A stretch of 64,000 nt of DNA, from positions 154,612 to 218,611 of the forward strand of contig DAIF01000004.1 of NCBI GenBank assembly GCA_002496015.1, in the 5' to 3' direction. The notes under the pieces are model-generated. The model saw only the letters and a program-made list of their open reading frames with translations, had not been told where the DNA came from and searched no databases. Positions 19,695 through 29,516 of the stretch are shown here, piece after piece. Position numbers and translations under genes: made by a program. Position 1 is the stretch's first letter; every line of letters starts with the position of its first letter. This DNA comes from Candidatus Pacearchaeota archaeon UBA73. GTDB taxonomy: Archaea; Nanobdellota; Nanobdellia; Pacearchaeales; GW2011-AR1.

Positions 19695-20086
19695 ACTAAA
19701 AAATAATTCGCGAGCTTATATTTTTATTGATAACCGATCTTAACAACTATTCAATCCCAAGAAATAATTTAATCACTTATCATAAACATTCTTGCGATGC
19801 CCAATCTTCAAAATTATAATCGCTTTTAACATCATTCACAACAATATTAGAGTTACTGCGGTTATGAAAACACTTGCCTCCCAGGATTATGAAATTGATT
19901 TATAAGTAGAAAATCTATCACAACTTAAACAATTTACAATGGAACTAACAACACAATTTTCAGACATTATTAGGAATTATGAAGTATTGCAAATTATTAA
20001 TATTGTTAGGGTTTAACTCTTCATTACAGCGTTGAACTAATTGGTAATACGCTCCGTTTTTAGAGCACTTAACCAAAAAACCCTCT

Positions 20087-20830
20087 CTAAGCACCCAGAA
20101 TTTGTCGCACTTTTTCATCAACTGCATCATCACTGGACTTATCTTTTTGAAAATATCTTCTCCAAAGTCGGTCACGCAAATGGCCGTCAATTTTTGGTAA
20201 TGCAAATGCCTTATATGTTTTCTCCCCACCCTGATTACCATTGCCTGCTCTGGTGACATCGCAAGAAACATACATTGGTCCAACATAATTCTCTGCCAAC
20301 CCATCTACAAGAACCCGCCCGCCAATTCCCTGAGCCAAAAATCGTCCATCTTGTCCGGGAAATGTTCCCAAATAACAAATCGAATCAAGCGCAACCTGTG
20401 GTCTTCCCATCCTAAATCCCTCGGCAATCAAAAACTTTCTAACATGTTTAGAAGCGAATTCTCCTTCTGCACACAAAATTTTATCAGGACGAGTCTCTTC
20501 CAGGCCATCCAAAACTTTTTGCATGGCTTCTACAGCCTCTTCATATCCGGGTCTTCCCTCTCTAATTTGCATGCATGTGTTTAACAGACAAATGCCATGC
20601 AATGTATCAATGTATCCAATTGGCAAAGCATAGTAATCCCCCGACCTTGATGTCGGAAAAATCCAGCACAAATGTTCTCTTCCGCTTTTCAATCCTTCTT
20701 CAAACCAAACCTGTCTCTCCCCTTCCAACATAACAAACGGTTTGCCGGTATTTGGATGCGGTCTTGGAACTAAACGCTTTAAAAATCCTTTTCTGGATTG
20801 TTCAACATGCAAATCACGAATCTCTCTCAT
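20087..20830 (-). CDS. hypothetical protein
   Basis: 247-aa ORF with upstream TATA-like element. Confidence 0.6.
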   Translation of the reverse strand: MREIRDLHVEQSRKGFLKRLVPRPHPNTGKPFVMLEGERQVWFEEGLKSGREHLCWIFPTSRSGDYYALPIGYIDTLHGICLLNTCMQIREGRPGYEEAVEAMQKVLDGLEETRPDKILCAEGEFASKHVRKFLIAEGFRMGRPQVALDSICYLGTFPGQDGRFLAQGIGGRVLVDGLAENYVGPMYVSCDVTRAGNGNQGGEKTYKAFALPKIDGHLRDRLWRRYFQKDKSSDDAVDEKVRQILGA

Positions 20831-20875
20831 ACAAATAATTCTATTTTTCAGTATAAAAAGATTAATATTCTCGCA

Positions 20876-21349
20876 TTATATATTTCCTTCAACCAACAAC
20901 TGTAGCGTCTCGTCTATTTCACCGATGTTGTCAATGATGTATGTGTGAAGCCTTTTGATTATTATTTCTTGCATCTCCTCTTTAAGTCTTCCGTGACAGT
21001 TCCCAAGGTCTTTCTCAGGGTAAGCCACAATTCCTTTCGGAAACCCGCACTCCATGCTATACCCTGACAGCTTGTCTATTCCAAGTTCTCCTGCTTTAGG
21101 CTGCAAAAGCGTGACCTCTACAACGCACGCCCCCTCCTTCATTCCAAGTATTCTGTACCTCCAGGTTGCCTCTTCGCCGTCATTCAGGTATTGGCTTTCT
21201 TTGCACAACCTCATATGTTCCTCATAGCACTCAAACGTCTGACATCTGGGAGCATGGATAAATGTTGTGTGAATAGCTAATCCAATAAAAACTACCGCGA
21301 TTACTGCAAACACAATTAACCTAGTGTATTTCATCTTCTCTTTTACCAA
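20876..21349 (-). CDS. membrane-anchored Cys-containing hypothetical protein
   Basis: N-terminal TM, six Cys, CHGRLKE tail. Confidence 0.7.
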   Translation of the reverse strand: MVKEKMKYTRLIVFAVIAVVFIGLAIHTTFIHAPRCQTFECYEEHMRLCKESQYLNDGEEATWRYRILGMKEGACVVEVTLLQPKAGELGIDKLSGYSMECGFPKGIVAYPEKDLGNCHGRLKEEMQEIIIKRLHTYIIDNIGEIDETLQLLVEGNI

Positions 21350-21384
21350 ACTAATTGAATCTTATATATAAAGTTTCACAAATC

Positions 21385-21680
21385 TTATAAATATTCTCGG
21401 GCAGCGGTTTCTAGTCGTGTCCTGTCAGTTAAACTCCTGCCTCTTTCTAACCTTTGGCGCAAACTTTCGGGAATAGCGCGATAAGCATCCAATGCTCTAA
21501 GATAATTCTGAGCGTTTATGCACAAGATATCCCTCCACGCACCATCAGCTCTTTCTCCTTGTGCTCTCTTAGCTGTACTTCATCAAATGTAGCTTCAGCT
21601 CGGCCAAGTTCTTCACAGACTCCCATATATTTCACTACCGTGCTATCTAATTGCATGATTAATTCTTCATGTCTTTCTAT
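21385..21680 (-). pseudogene. frameshifted helical hypothetical gene
   Basis: frame 1 IERHEELIMQLDSTVVKYMGVCEELGRAE...ELMVR stops at ~21516; a shifted frame continues RDILCINAQNYLRALDAYRAIPESLRQRL...AAREYL*. Confidence 0.5.
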
Positions 21681-21737
21681 TTAAACTTTAGCTTTACGAA
21701 AAGCAAGTTTTATAAACCAATCATTTCTCTCCCATCC

Positions 21738-21854
21738 ATGAAACGCTCATCAAGACGTTGGAAAAAAACCGGTCAGATGCGTTGGAAATGGCAGCGCAAA
21801 CGGCTGAAAAAAGAAAAGCGAAAGAGAAGATTGCATAGAGAAAGAAGCACGTAA
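21738..21854 (+). CDS. rpl41e: ribosomal protein eL41 (L41e)
   Basis: MKRSSRRWKKTGQMRWKWQRKRLKKEKRKRR contains the MRxKWxKKRxRR-type core; TATA upstream. Confidence 0.8.
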   Translation: MKRSSRRWKKTGQMRWKWQRKRLKKEKRKRRLHRERST

Positions 21855-21945
21855 TCACTCTGACAAAATTTTCTCAAGCAATTTCCAATTAGAGCGACCC
21901 TAGACCAAGCAGCACAATAATGTTTATAACCCTGAATTTCTCAGG

Positions 21946-22923
21946 ATGATTGTTAAAATGAGTGGGGTAAACATCTGGACTGAAAAGTACCGCCCAACGA
22001 CGTTTGACGAAATGGTCGGTCAGCAGGAAATAATCAAACGAGTGAAATCCCTAGTTCAGGCTCTTAACATTCCACATCTTCTTTTCGCAGGTCCCGCAGG
22101 CACCGGCAAATCAACTCTCGCCCTTATTATAGTAAAAGAACTATTCGGGGAAAAATGGAAAGAAAACTACCTTGAACTCAATGCTTCAGATGAAAGGGGA
22201 ATTGACGTCGTAAGGCAAAAGGTAAAAGATTTTGCAAGAACAAAAGCAATCGAAAACATCCCATTCAAAGTTATATTCTTAGATGAAGCCGACGCATTGA
22301 CAAAAGAAGCCCAGCAGGCTCTAAGGAGAACAATGGAGAACTACACCAGCACTTGCCGCTTCATCATGTCTTGCAATTATTCTTCTCGCATCATTGACCC
22401 AATCCAATCTCGTTGCGTTGTTTTCCGTTTTAAACTTTTAGAAAAAAAAGACATAAAGAAACGGATTGACTTTATCGCCCAGAACGAAAAGTTAAACATT
22501 CGGGAGGAAGCATTTGACACATTGTATGAGGTTTCAGAGGGAGACTGCAGGCGAGCGATAAACCTTCTTCAGGCGACGGCTGCGATTTCCCCGGACGTGA
22601 CTAACGATATGATAACAATGGTTTCTTCTGCCGCAAAACCCGCAGACGTCAGGGTCGTATTGGATTATGCGATTGCCGGCGACTTCATCGGCGCGCGCGA
22701 CAAGCTCCTCGACACGATGTTAAAAGACTCTGTATCTGGCACAGACATAATAAAATCCATCCAAAAAGAAATCTGGAACTTGCAGGTCGAACCGCACATC
22801 AAGGTCAAACTCACAGAAAAGACCGGAGAGGCAGAATTCCGCATGATTGAAGGCTCCGACGAATTCGTCCAGCTTCAGGCTCTTTTGGCGTCATTCGTCC
22901 TCGCTGGCAGGGGAGAAGATTAA
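21946..22923 (+). CDS. rfcS: replication factor C small subunit
   Basis: WTEKYRP, GPAGTGKS, LELNASDERG, LDEADALT, SRC. Confidence 0.97.
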   Translation: MIVKMSGVNIWTEKYRPTTFDEMVGQQEIIKRVKSLVQALNIPHLLFAGPAGTGKSTLALIIVKELFGEKWKENYLELNASDERGIDVVRQKVKDFARTKAIENIPFKVIFLDEADALTKEAQQALRRTMENYTSTCRFIMSCNYSSRIIDPIQSRCVVFRFKLLEKKDIKKRIDFIAQNEKLNIREEAFDTLYEVSEGDCRRAINLLQATAAISPDVTNDMITMVSSAAKPADVRVVLDYAIAGDFIGARDKLLDTMLKDSVSGTDIIKSIQKEIWNLQVEPHIKVKLTEKTGEAEFRMIEGSDEFVQLQALLASFVLAGRGED

Positions 22924-23084
22924 CCGACAAGACTCGAACTCTTGACTTTCCTCGCTTCATTTAATAGTTCTTGTTGCTTTCGGCCATACAGTCCTTTCTT
23001 ATACAGCGAACGGACGATTATTATTACTAACGCTGCGGCTGCAAGTCCAACAATTATCCCAACAATAATAACATCTGCTATCAT
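22920..23084 (-). CDS. 54-aa single-TM microprotein (below the ORF-track cutoff)
   Basis: MIADVIIVGIIVGLAAAALVIIIVRSLYKKGLYGRKQQELLNEARKVKSSSLVG. Confidence 0.55.
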   Translation of the reverse strand: MIADVIIVGIIVGLAAAALVIIIVRSLYKKGLYGRKQQELLNEARKVKSSSLVG

Positions 23085-23113
23085 GCTTTAATTAACAAAC
23101 AGGAATATAAAAG

Positions 23114-23938
23114 CTATTCGCCATTTCTTCTTGTTTCTTCCAAAAGGGAAACAACTCCATTGTAACATTTTTCTGCCAATCTTTTAGAACACTCTCCAAT
23201 ATCTCCCGGCCCTGCGGCGTCTATAAAACCAATCGGCTCTCCAAAGTTAATTCTCACAGCCCCTCTGTTTCTCATAAATGACCATCTTAGCGGAGCATAA
23301 ACATCACCAACCGTCTTCCCAAAGAGATTATAAACTGTTCTGACTTCAGATTCAGGAATCCTGTCGTAATCGCAACCAAAACACACTATTTTGTCAGGAT
23401 GATTTATTGCTTCCCTTCTCGACCATAATTCCTCTTCACCCATCACAACAGCAAAGGGCGTCCTTTTGAACGGGCTGGGCAAGCCATTCGGATTATCATA
23501 GCGATGCCCTTCTGGATAAACCAGCATAGAGTGACCAGTCCGGATTATTTCGCCTGCACCATCTCGAAAATCCCTAAAAGCATCCTTGCCGACTTTTTTA
23601 TTGTCCAACCACAAAATTCCAAATCTCTCAATATCAAAACCAAGCATGAATCTCATAAATCCTTTGAATGGCTGTCTATTCATACTCTCTTTAGCAACAG
23701 AAATCGGAAAAGGCGCACCTATACTTAAAAGTGCATAATGCGGCAGAATGTTATCTTCAAAAGTTTGATGGTTTCCAACATACAACACTCGGTCATTTCC
23801 CGACAGAGAAGCAACTCGTTCACTATGCTGAATCACAACCTCATCAACCATTCTCCTGATGCAACGCTTTCTGCGAAGATTATAAATATGAGAAATGTAT
23901 TTTCTATCCATTTCTCTCAATGAATGTCGATTAGCCAT
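23114..23938 (-). CDS. PlsC-like lysophospholipid/glycerol-phosphate acyltransferase
   Basis: block I NHQTFED (HX4D), VAKES, block III YPEGHR, FGEPI. Confidence 0.85.
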   Translation of the reverse strand: MANRHSLREMDRKYISHIYNLRRKRCIRRMVDEVVIQHSERVASLSGNDRVLYVGNHQTFEDNILPHYALLSIGAPFPISVAKESMNRQPFKGFMRFMLGFDIERFGILWLDNKKVGKDAFRDFRDGAGEIIRTGHSMLVYPEGHRYDNPNGLPSPFKRTPFAVVMGEEELWSRREAINHPDKIVCFGCDYDRIPESEVRTVYNLFGKTVGDVYAPLRWSFMRNRGAVRINFGEPIGFIDAAGPGDIGECSKRLAEKCYNGVVSLLEETRRNGE

Positions 23939-24052
23939 GCAAACCTGTGAAAATATCTATTTTTAACCTTTCTGCCTAACTGAAAAATAGCACTTAGGGA
24001 GAAAGATTCCCAACCCAATAATTCTTAAATACCCCTTCCTCCGTAGATTCTT

Positions 24053-25216
24053 ATGTCTCTATCAGAGAAATATCGAGCAAAGAGGTATTCTGAGATTCTT
24101 CATCAGGATCAGGCAGTCGCAGACATCCAGAAATTCCTAAGAGAATTTCCGAAAAAGAAAGCCCTCATTCTTTATGGTCCGGCAGGCACGGGCAAAACCT
24201 CTCTCGCTCACGCCGCAGCAAAAGAGAACGACTTGGAAGTTCTCGAACTTAATTCCTCTGATTTAAGAAACAGATTAAAACTAGAAGAAACTCTCCGCCC
24301 CGCGACTCAACAATATTCTCTCTTCAAAAAAGGAAAACTCTTGCTCATGGACGAAGTAGACGGCGTCACCGGAACAGACATCGGCGGCATCCCTGAACTG
24401 GTCAAACTCATCCATTCAACTGCCTTCCCAATAATTATGACCTGTAATGACGTCTGGCAGTCAAAGCTCTCTCCCGTTAGAGCAAAATCAAAACTCGTCG
24501 AAATGAAAGCGCTTGACCTCGGCACCATAATTTCCCTTCTCCTCAAAATCTCAGAACAAGAAGGCTTCAACAAGTCTCCCCAATTCCTTAAACAGATAGC
24601 CATAAAATCTCAGGGTGATCTTCGCGCTGCCATAAATGACCTCGAATCATACGGTCGCCTGAGCGGAGAAGATATAGACCTAAACGACAAGCGAGTAATC
24701 TCCCAAAGCATTTTCAACGTCCTCCGCAGGGTCTTCAAAGAAAGGCAGCCATTTCTTGATTTATATGACACAACCGACGAATCCCTCGATGAGATTCTTC
24801 TCTGGATTGAAGAAAACATTCCTAAGGAATATAAAAACGAAGCTCTCGCTCGGGCGTATTATGCCTTGGGTAACGCAGACGTTTTTCGCGGCAGAATTTA
24901 CAAAAATCAGCACTGGAGATTTTTGGTCTATCAAAATGCCTTCCAGTCAGCAGGCATCTCGTTCGCGAAGGACGCCCCCCTCGATGGTTTTACAAAATAT
25001 GAGCGTCCAAAACGCATTCTAAAAATCTGGCTCAACAATCAGAAAATCGCCAAAAAGAAAACAATCGCTAAGAAATACGCGAGAATGGTTCACTGCTCGA
25101 CAAAACGCGCCTTGCGGGATTTCACAGTTCTCACACCAATTCTAAAACAAGAGTCTGTCCAGCAAAAACTTCAATTAAGCGATGAAGAAGTTGCTTACAT
25201 CAGTTCATTGAAGTAA
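24053..25216 (+). CDS. rfcL: replication factor C large subunit
   Basis: EKYR, GPAGTGKT, LELNSSDLR, MDEVDG, GDLRAAINDL, WIEENIP. Confidence 0.95.
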   Translation: MSLSEKYRAKRYSEILHQDQAVADIQKFLREFPKKKALILYGPAGTGKTSLAHAAAKENDLEVLELNSSDLRNRLKLEETLRPATQQYSLFKKGKLLLMDEVDGVTGTDIGGIPELVKLIHSTAFPIIMTCNDVWQSKLSPVRAKSKLVEMKALDLGTIISLLLKISEQEGFNKSPQFLKQIAIKSQGDLRAAINDLESYGRLSGEDIDLNDKRVISQSIFNVLRRVFKERQPFLDLYDTTDESLDEILLWIEENIPKEYKNEALARAYYALGNADVFRGRIYKNQHWRFLVYQNAFQSAGISFAKDAPLDGFTKYERPKRILKIWLNNQKIAKKKTIAKKYARMVHCSTKRALRDFTVLTPILKQESVQQKLQLSDEEVAYISSLK

Positions 25217-25561
25217 TCTGTTATCTATGCTGGCAGTGAGACTGCCTTCGGCATATTTTAGCTCAACTAGTCTGTCGCGAAAACCACCACCAAGCCGCGC
25301 ATTAGGATCCCACCTTCGCCCATTCGCTTCGTCAGCATCGGTGCAATGTAATGGTTTATCCAACCTTCTGACTAATCTTTCTGATTCCAATGTTTTCAGG
25401 AATAAATCTCCCCTACCTAATTGGCCTGTATAAAAAAAATCACCTGTAAAAACATCATAAACTGACTCTCTCAAAACTGCACAAAAGCACCTCGCATGAA
25501 TCAAAGGGATGCCCAGCGAAGCTAAACGAAATTTCACATCACAATAACCATTTAACATCAT
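25205..25561 (-). CDS. hypothetical protein
   Basis: 118-aa ORF with upstream TATA. Confidence 0.5.
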   Translation of the reverse strand: MMLNGYCDVKFRLASLGIPLIHARCFCAVLRESVYDVFTGDFFYTGQLGRGDLFLKTLESERLVRRLDKPLHCTDADEANGRRWDPNARLGGGFRDRLVELKYAEGSLTASIDNRLLQ

Positions 25562-25712
25562 AATCTTTGGAATTAGAAATATTTAAATGCAACCTATCTT
25601 CCCTTCTTCTCAACTCACACAATGGTATCAACTCCCAGCTTGTTTAATCTGAGAGAAGTTTATCTTTTATTAAAAAAAACTTCGTCCTTTCCGAAGGCAG
25701 CGCACTATCTGC

Positions 25713-26585
25713 CTAATCCCCGAAGATGCTGAATCTCAAAGTCGCAGAGAACGTGTCACTGCCTGTCGCCGTGCTGGAAAGTGGCCCTTCCGTCCCCATA
25801 AACCACATTTCTCCATCGTCATTCACATAATCCTCTTGGCTTCCAAAATCACTGGCATATTTCATAAATCCCTGCTTGAGTCTGGGAACAATGGCTTCAT
25901 CAATCAATTCCCAGTCATTAGTTTCAAAATTCTTCACGTACAGATAATGATGCTCCTCTCCACTGTAATATCCGTTATAACTAACATAATTAACGGAAAA
26001 TCCTCTTAAGTCTGATTTGTCGATGTTTTCGAGCACAAAAAAGTGATGCGTCGCATAATTTGTCCACGTGTCTCCTCCGACGGCAAGTTTATCTGGCTGA
26101 TCTAGTCTGCTATCGTGCGTAATCTCCAGAAACTGCCTGTTGCAAATCTTTGCGTCAAAATAATCTGGAAACTTGGTCGGATGCGGACCCAATCGGCATT
26201 GATATGCTTTGACATCTCTTTCATGAACAAAATCATACGATTCAAACAAACTTCGGTTAATGCAAACAGGTTCTATCTCGCCGACTAATGTCTTTACAAA
26301 AGGATCAATATCTTCAGAATCCACCATCAAATCGTAGTTAAAATCCCCAAGCCAAATCATCAACTCACCTTCAGACGTGGAGTTAGTTAAATTGCTTTCG
26401 ATAAGCGCCGCAAACGGATCAATATCCAAACTGTTAATTCTCCCATCAAGATTAACATCTCCCTTGCAAACTTCCGTCAATGCCTCGTCAACACCAAACA
26501 TATCAACAGAAACAACTGTGACTGCAAACGACGACAAAATTACTACAACGAACACTGCAAGTGCTATCGACCTCTCTTTTAACAT
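25713..26585 (-). CDS. secreted protein with dockerin-type (double EF-hand) domain
   Basis: N-terminal TM; GDVNLDGRINSLDIDPF and GDFNYDLMVDSEDIDPF repeats. Confidence 0.75.
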   Translation of the reverse strand: MLKERSIALAVFVVVILSSFAVTVVSVDMFGVDEALTEVCKGDVNLDGRINSLDIDPFAALIESNLTNSTSEGELMIWLGDFNYDLMVDSEDIDPFVKTLVGEIEPVCINRSLFESYDFVHERDVKAYQCRLGPHPTKFPDYFDAKICNRQFLEITHDSRLDQPDKLAVGGDTWTNYATHHFFVLENIDKSDLRGFSVNYVSYNGYYSGEEHHYLYVKNFETNDWELIDEAIVPRLKQGFMKYASDFGSQEDYVNDDGEMWFMGTEGPLSSTATGSDTFSATLRFSIFGD

Positions 26586-26830
26586 CTCAAATCAACATAT
26601 CAGAGGTTTATAATTGTTTTTATTCTCCACAATACTTTTCATAACCCACCTGAGTAATGAACATTCTGCCTAACCCAAATAATCTTGAAATGCTCTCTGA
26701 TGTTTTAATGTCTGAGGGGAAGCAGTAGGGAATCTGCTAATCAATGAAGAAACATCATAATTGTCCGGTGAGAGTAACTTCCAGGTGGTTCCACCTAAGC
26801 CTTTATAATCTCCTTAAATCAGAAAACTTC

Positions 26831-27229
26831 ATGAAGCTTTTCAAAAAAATAACTGGTCTTGTAGGAATAATTTCAATGCTTGTCCTCCCAGATATATCTT
26901 ATGCCCGCCCGCATTCAATTAAAGATATAACGCAGCCGGCAATCATAAGGACATATCAACCAACAGAATCTTATCAGAGCGCAAGGGAAATAGAAACAGC
27001 CCCTCTAAAAAATAGAATGACCCTTTCAGATTATAACGATCTATCAGAATCTCAAAGAAAAGAAATCTCTGATTTTGTAAAATACAGATATGAAGCTAGA
27101 ATTAATGAAGGGTTTAGGGAATCCGATAGATATGATATAATCCAAAACCTAACGAAATGTATTAGTGTTCCAGTTGGCGAGGGCAGCAAATATCTAAGCA
27201 GTAGCCTTATAAGAGAAATACTAAACTAA
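26831..27229 (+). CDS. putative secreted hypothetical protein
   Basis: [25 protein letters not shown] signal peptide after a TATA box (ORF track starts at 26744). Confidence 0.55.
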   Translation: MKLFKKITGLVGIISMLVLPDISYARPHSIKDITQPAIIRTYQPTESYQSAREIETAPLKNRMTLSDYNDLSESQRKEISDFVKYRYEARINEGFRESDRYDIIQNLTKCISVPVGEGSKYLSSSLIREILN

Positions 27230-27849
27230 CTCTTCTTAATAGCTTGCAAATAAAGTTTCTCAACCATGTCCCAATTGACAACATTCCACCAGGCAGTTAT
27301 ATAATCAGGTCTCTTGTTTTGATATTTCAAATAATATGCATGTTCCCAAACATCCAATCCCAACACAGGAGTTTTTCCTTGGCTTAATGGAGAATCCTGA
27401 TTGCTCGTGCTCATAACCTCTAGTTTTCCGCTATTGTTCACAACCAACCAAGCCCACCCACTGCCAAACTTCGTCTTTGCCGCATCTGTAAAATCTCCCA
27501 TGAACTTTTCCACTGACCCAAAATCTCTAATAAGAGCTCCCTTAAGCTTTTTTCCAATCTCCTTCTTTTTCGGAGTCATTATCTCCCAGAAAAGATTATG
27601 GTTCACATAACCTCCACCATGATTGATAACGTCTTTCCTTATATCTTCCGGAACAGCCATAAGACCTGCCATTATCTCCTCAGCATCTTTCTCAAAAAGC
27701 TCTGGATGCTTTTCTATAGCAGCATTAAATTTGTCAGTGTATGTTTGGTGGTGTTTAGTATGATGGATTTCCATCGTAGCCTTATCTATGTGAGGCTCTA
27801 AAGCATCGTATGCATAAGGAAGTTTAGGTAATTCAAAAGTCATAATCAA
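27226..27849 (-). CDS. sodA: Fe/Mn superoxide dismutase
   Basis: [40 protein letters not shown]. Confidence 0.97.
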   Translation of the reverse strand: MIMTFELPKLPYAYDALEPHIDKATMEIHHTKHHQTYTDKFNAAIEKHPELFEKDAEEIMAGLMAVPEDIRKDVINHGGGYVNHNLFWEIMTPKKKEIGKKLKGALIRDFGSVEKFMGDFTDAAKTKFGSGWAWLVVNNSGKLEVMSTSNQDSPLSQGKTPVLGLDVWEHAYYLKYQNKRPDYITAWWNVVNWDMVEKLYLQAIKKS

Positions 27850-27888
27850 ATTTAGAGATTATTATTAATAAACCTTTCCTTAATGGGG

Positions 27889-28107
27889 TTAATAATTTCT
27901 CAGAGACTTATCCAGCGTCGCTCTCCCGCGCGCATGCCTCGTCTTAGCTTTCAAATAGCAATCTCTCGAGCAAATATATCCCATCACCGGATCAACCATT
28001 TCCATATCCTCAACTCTCGCCATAACTGGGCACACTGTGCATCTGACTAGATATTCATCATTAGCGGACTTGACACGATCCATACGATTAGCGTCATTTA
28101 AAACCAT
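27889..28107 (-). CDS. small Zn-finger-like protein (CxxC...CSxxC)
   Basis: RCTVCP...YICSRDC; GGTGAG RBS before ATG at 28107. Confidence 0.55.
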   Translation of the reverse strand: MVLNDANRMDRVKSANDEYLVRCTVCPVMARVEDMEMVDPVMGYICSRDCYLKAKTRHARGRATLDKSLRNY

Positions 28108-28130
28108 ATTTTTTATCTCACCGAGAATCC

Positions 28131-29204
28131 TTAACCGCACTGAGCAAGAGCTGCAGAATCTGCTGCCGTAGCCGCCCAACCAAATCCAGCCGAAGGTGTA
28201 GCAGAACTCAATGCTGTCTGGCACTCTGCCGGAGCATTATTGAATGAAGCGCAGATTGTAGCGAGTAATGAAGCCGGATCTCTCCCAGAGTTTACTTGTT
28301 TGCCATTTATAACAAGGGTAGGCGATCCTCTAACACCATATTCTTCGTTCTCTTCAGCATGTATGTTGAACTGCGGGTATCTTCCGCTCAGCCACTTGCT
28401 CTGATCAGCTAAAGTATCTTTTATTGCAAATTCTCCATCAACTCTCGCGGTACAGGCAGCCAACTTAGTCTTATCTATCTTGGTCTGAGTCAGGCAGGCT
28501 TCACCATCGCCATCCTCAAGGAAGCATTGCAAATAATTAAGATATTTGTCATTCTGTTCTTCCTGTATGCAATATTGATTCAGTTGCTCTAAAACCTCAA
28601 CCTCGCCATGCATAGCATAGTTTACGAACTTAACCTCAAAATCAATCTTATCTCCTAGAAGCGTCGCAACAGGAAGTATCCCTTTCTCAACCTGCGTTCC
28701 AAATGGACAGTGACTCATCACAAAAAGCTCAACATACGGCTTATTTGATTTAGGAATAGAAGTATCTACAACAGGTTCTTCACCTTCAGGTTCTATATTC
28801 TGCTGTTCTCCCAGCGCAACAGGATTTCCAACCAAGAATTCCCCATCAAGGGTAGTATAGACAGGAACCTGCTGTCCCTCATAATTTAACATAACTTGGT
28901 AAAACTGTCCCTCTTCCTTTGTAGAAACCAGGGCAACCTCTCCGGTTATCGCCGGATTAGAGTTCAGAAAATCAACAACTTTTTTTCCTGCTTGGTCTGC
29001 AGAGATTTTTTTAACTCCCGCACCAGCTCCTGTACCAAAAATCATCACAAGAATCAGAATCAACGCAAGAGCAAATGTCGCAACAATCCACGGATTAGCC
29101 CGCACTTTATCAAAATATTTTCCTACAGGCACCTCAACATAGTTCTCCTTCTCAGCCTTTTCAACAGCAGGCTCAACATTGTCAACTTTCTTTTTAGTTA
29201 CCAT
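28131..29204 (-). CDS. membrane-anchored thioredoxin-fold (DsbA/GILT-like) oxidoreductase
   Basis: N-terminal TM, ELFVMSHCPFG, YGVRGSPTLVING, paired Cys. Confidence 0.8.
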   Translation of the reverse strand: MVTKKKVDNVEPAVEKAEKENYVEVPVGKYFDKVRANPWIVATFALALILILVMIFGTGAGAGVKKISADQAGKKVVDFLNSNPAITGEVALVSTKEEGQFYQVMLNYEGQQVPVYTTLDGEFLVGNPVALGEQQNIEPEGEEPVVDTSIPKSNKPYVELFVMSHCPFGTQVEKGILPVATLLGDKIDFEVKFVNYAMHGEVEVLEQLNQYCIQEEQNDKYLNYLQCFLEDGDGEACLTQTKIDKTKLAACTARVDGEFAIKDTLADQSKWLSGRYPQFNIHAEENEEYGVRGSPTLVINGKQVNSGRDPASLLATICASFNNAPAECQTALSSATPSAGFGWAATAADSAALAQCG

Positions 29205-29516
29205 TCACATTTGTAAATATTCATCCTTTAAAAATCTTTTGTTAATCGCGACTCTGTTGAAGACTCCTCCTCGGAAATAATTTATTCACATCTTATTAAA
29301 ATTAAAAACGAGAAAGATAGATAATACAGCCAATAAAACAATAGTTACTATTGAAATTAATTTTATTGTTTTATTCTTCTTTATTATTCCGAAGACTAAA
29401 AAAATAATTGTTACAAAAATTAATAGGCATCTGGTCTTTGTCTTTGTGCATATCAAAGAGATACTCCTCTTCAACAAACTTTATTAATTCCCTTCTCTCC
29501 CGATAGGCGAGGTGAA

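Noticed and set aside
19960-20304. Overlapping minus-strand ORF suggesting a frameshift
   Set aside because: ORF 20087-20830 reads plausibly to its own stop; no evidence for a shift.
22925-22950. GTTCGAGTC T-loop-like motif on the minus strand
   Set aside because: No canonical T-stem or cloverleaf; it lies inside a small TM ORF.
23990-24010. Possible remnant of the rfcS 3' end (agggagaaagatt vs aggggagaagatt) beyond the acyltransferase insert
   Set aside because: Only ~12 purine-rich nt; not distinguishable from chance.
28108-28224. N-terminal extension of ORF 27889-28224
   Set aside because: Overlaps the upstream oxidoreductase gene; the RBS supports a start at 28107.
29286-29477. 63-aa hydrophobic ORF upstream of the HerA-like gene
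   Set aside because: TTG start and low-complexity AT-rich sequence; at most a gene remnant.
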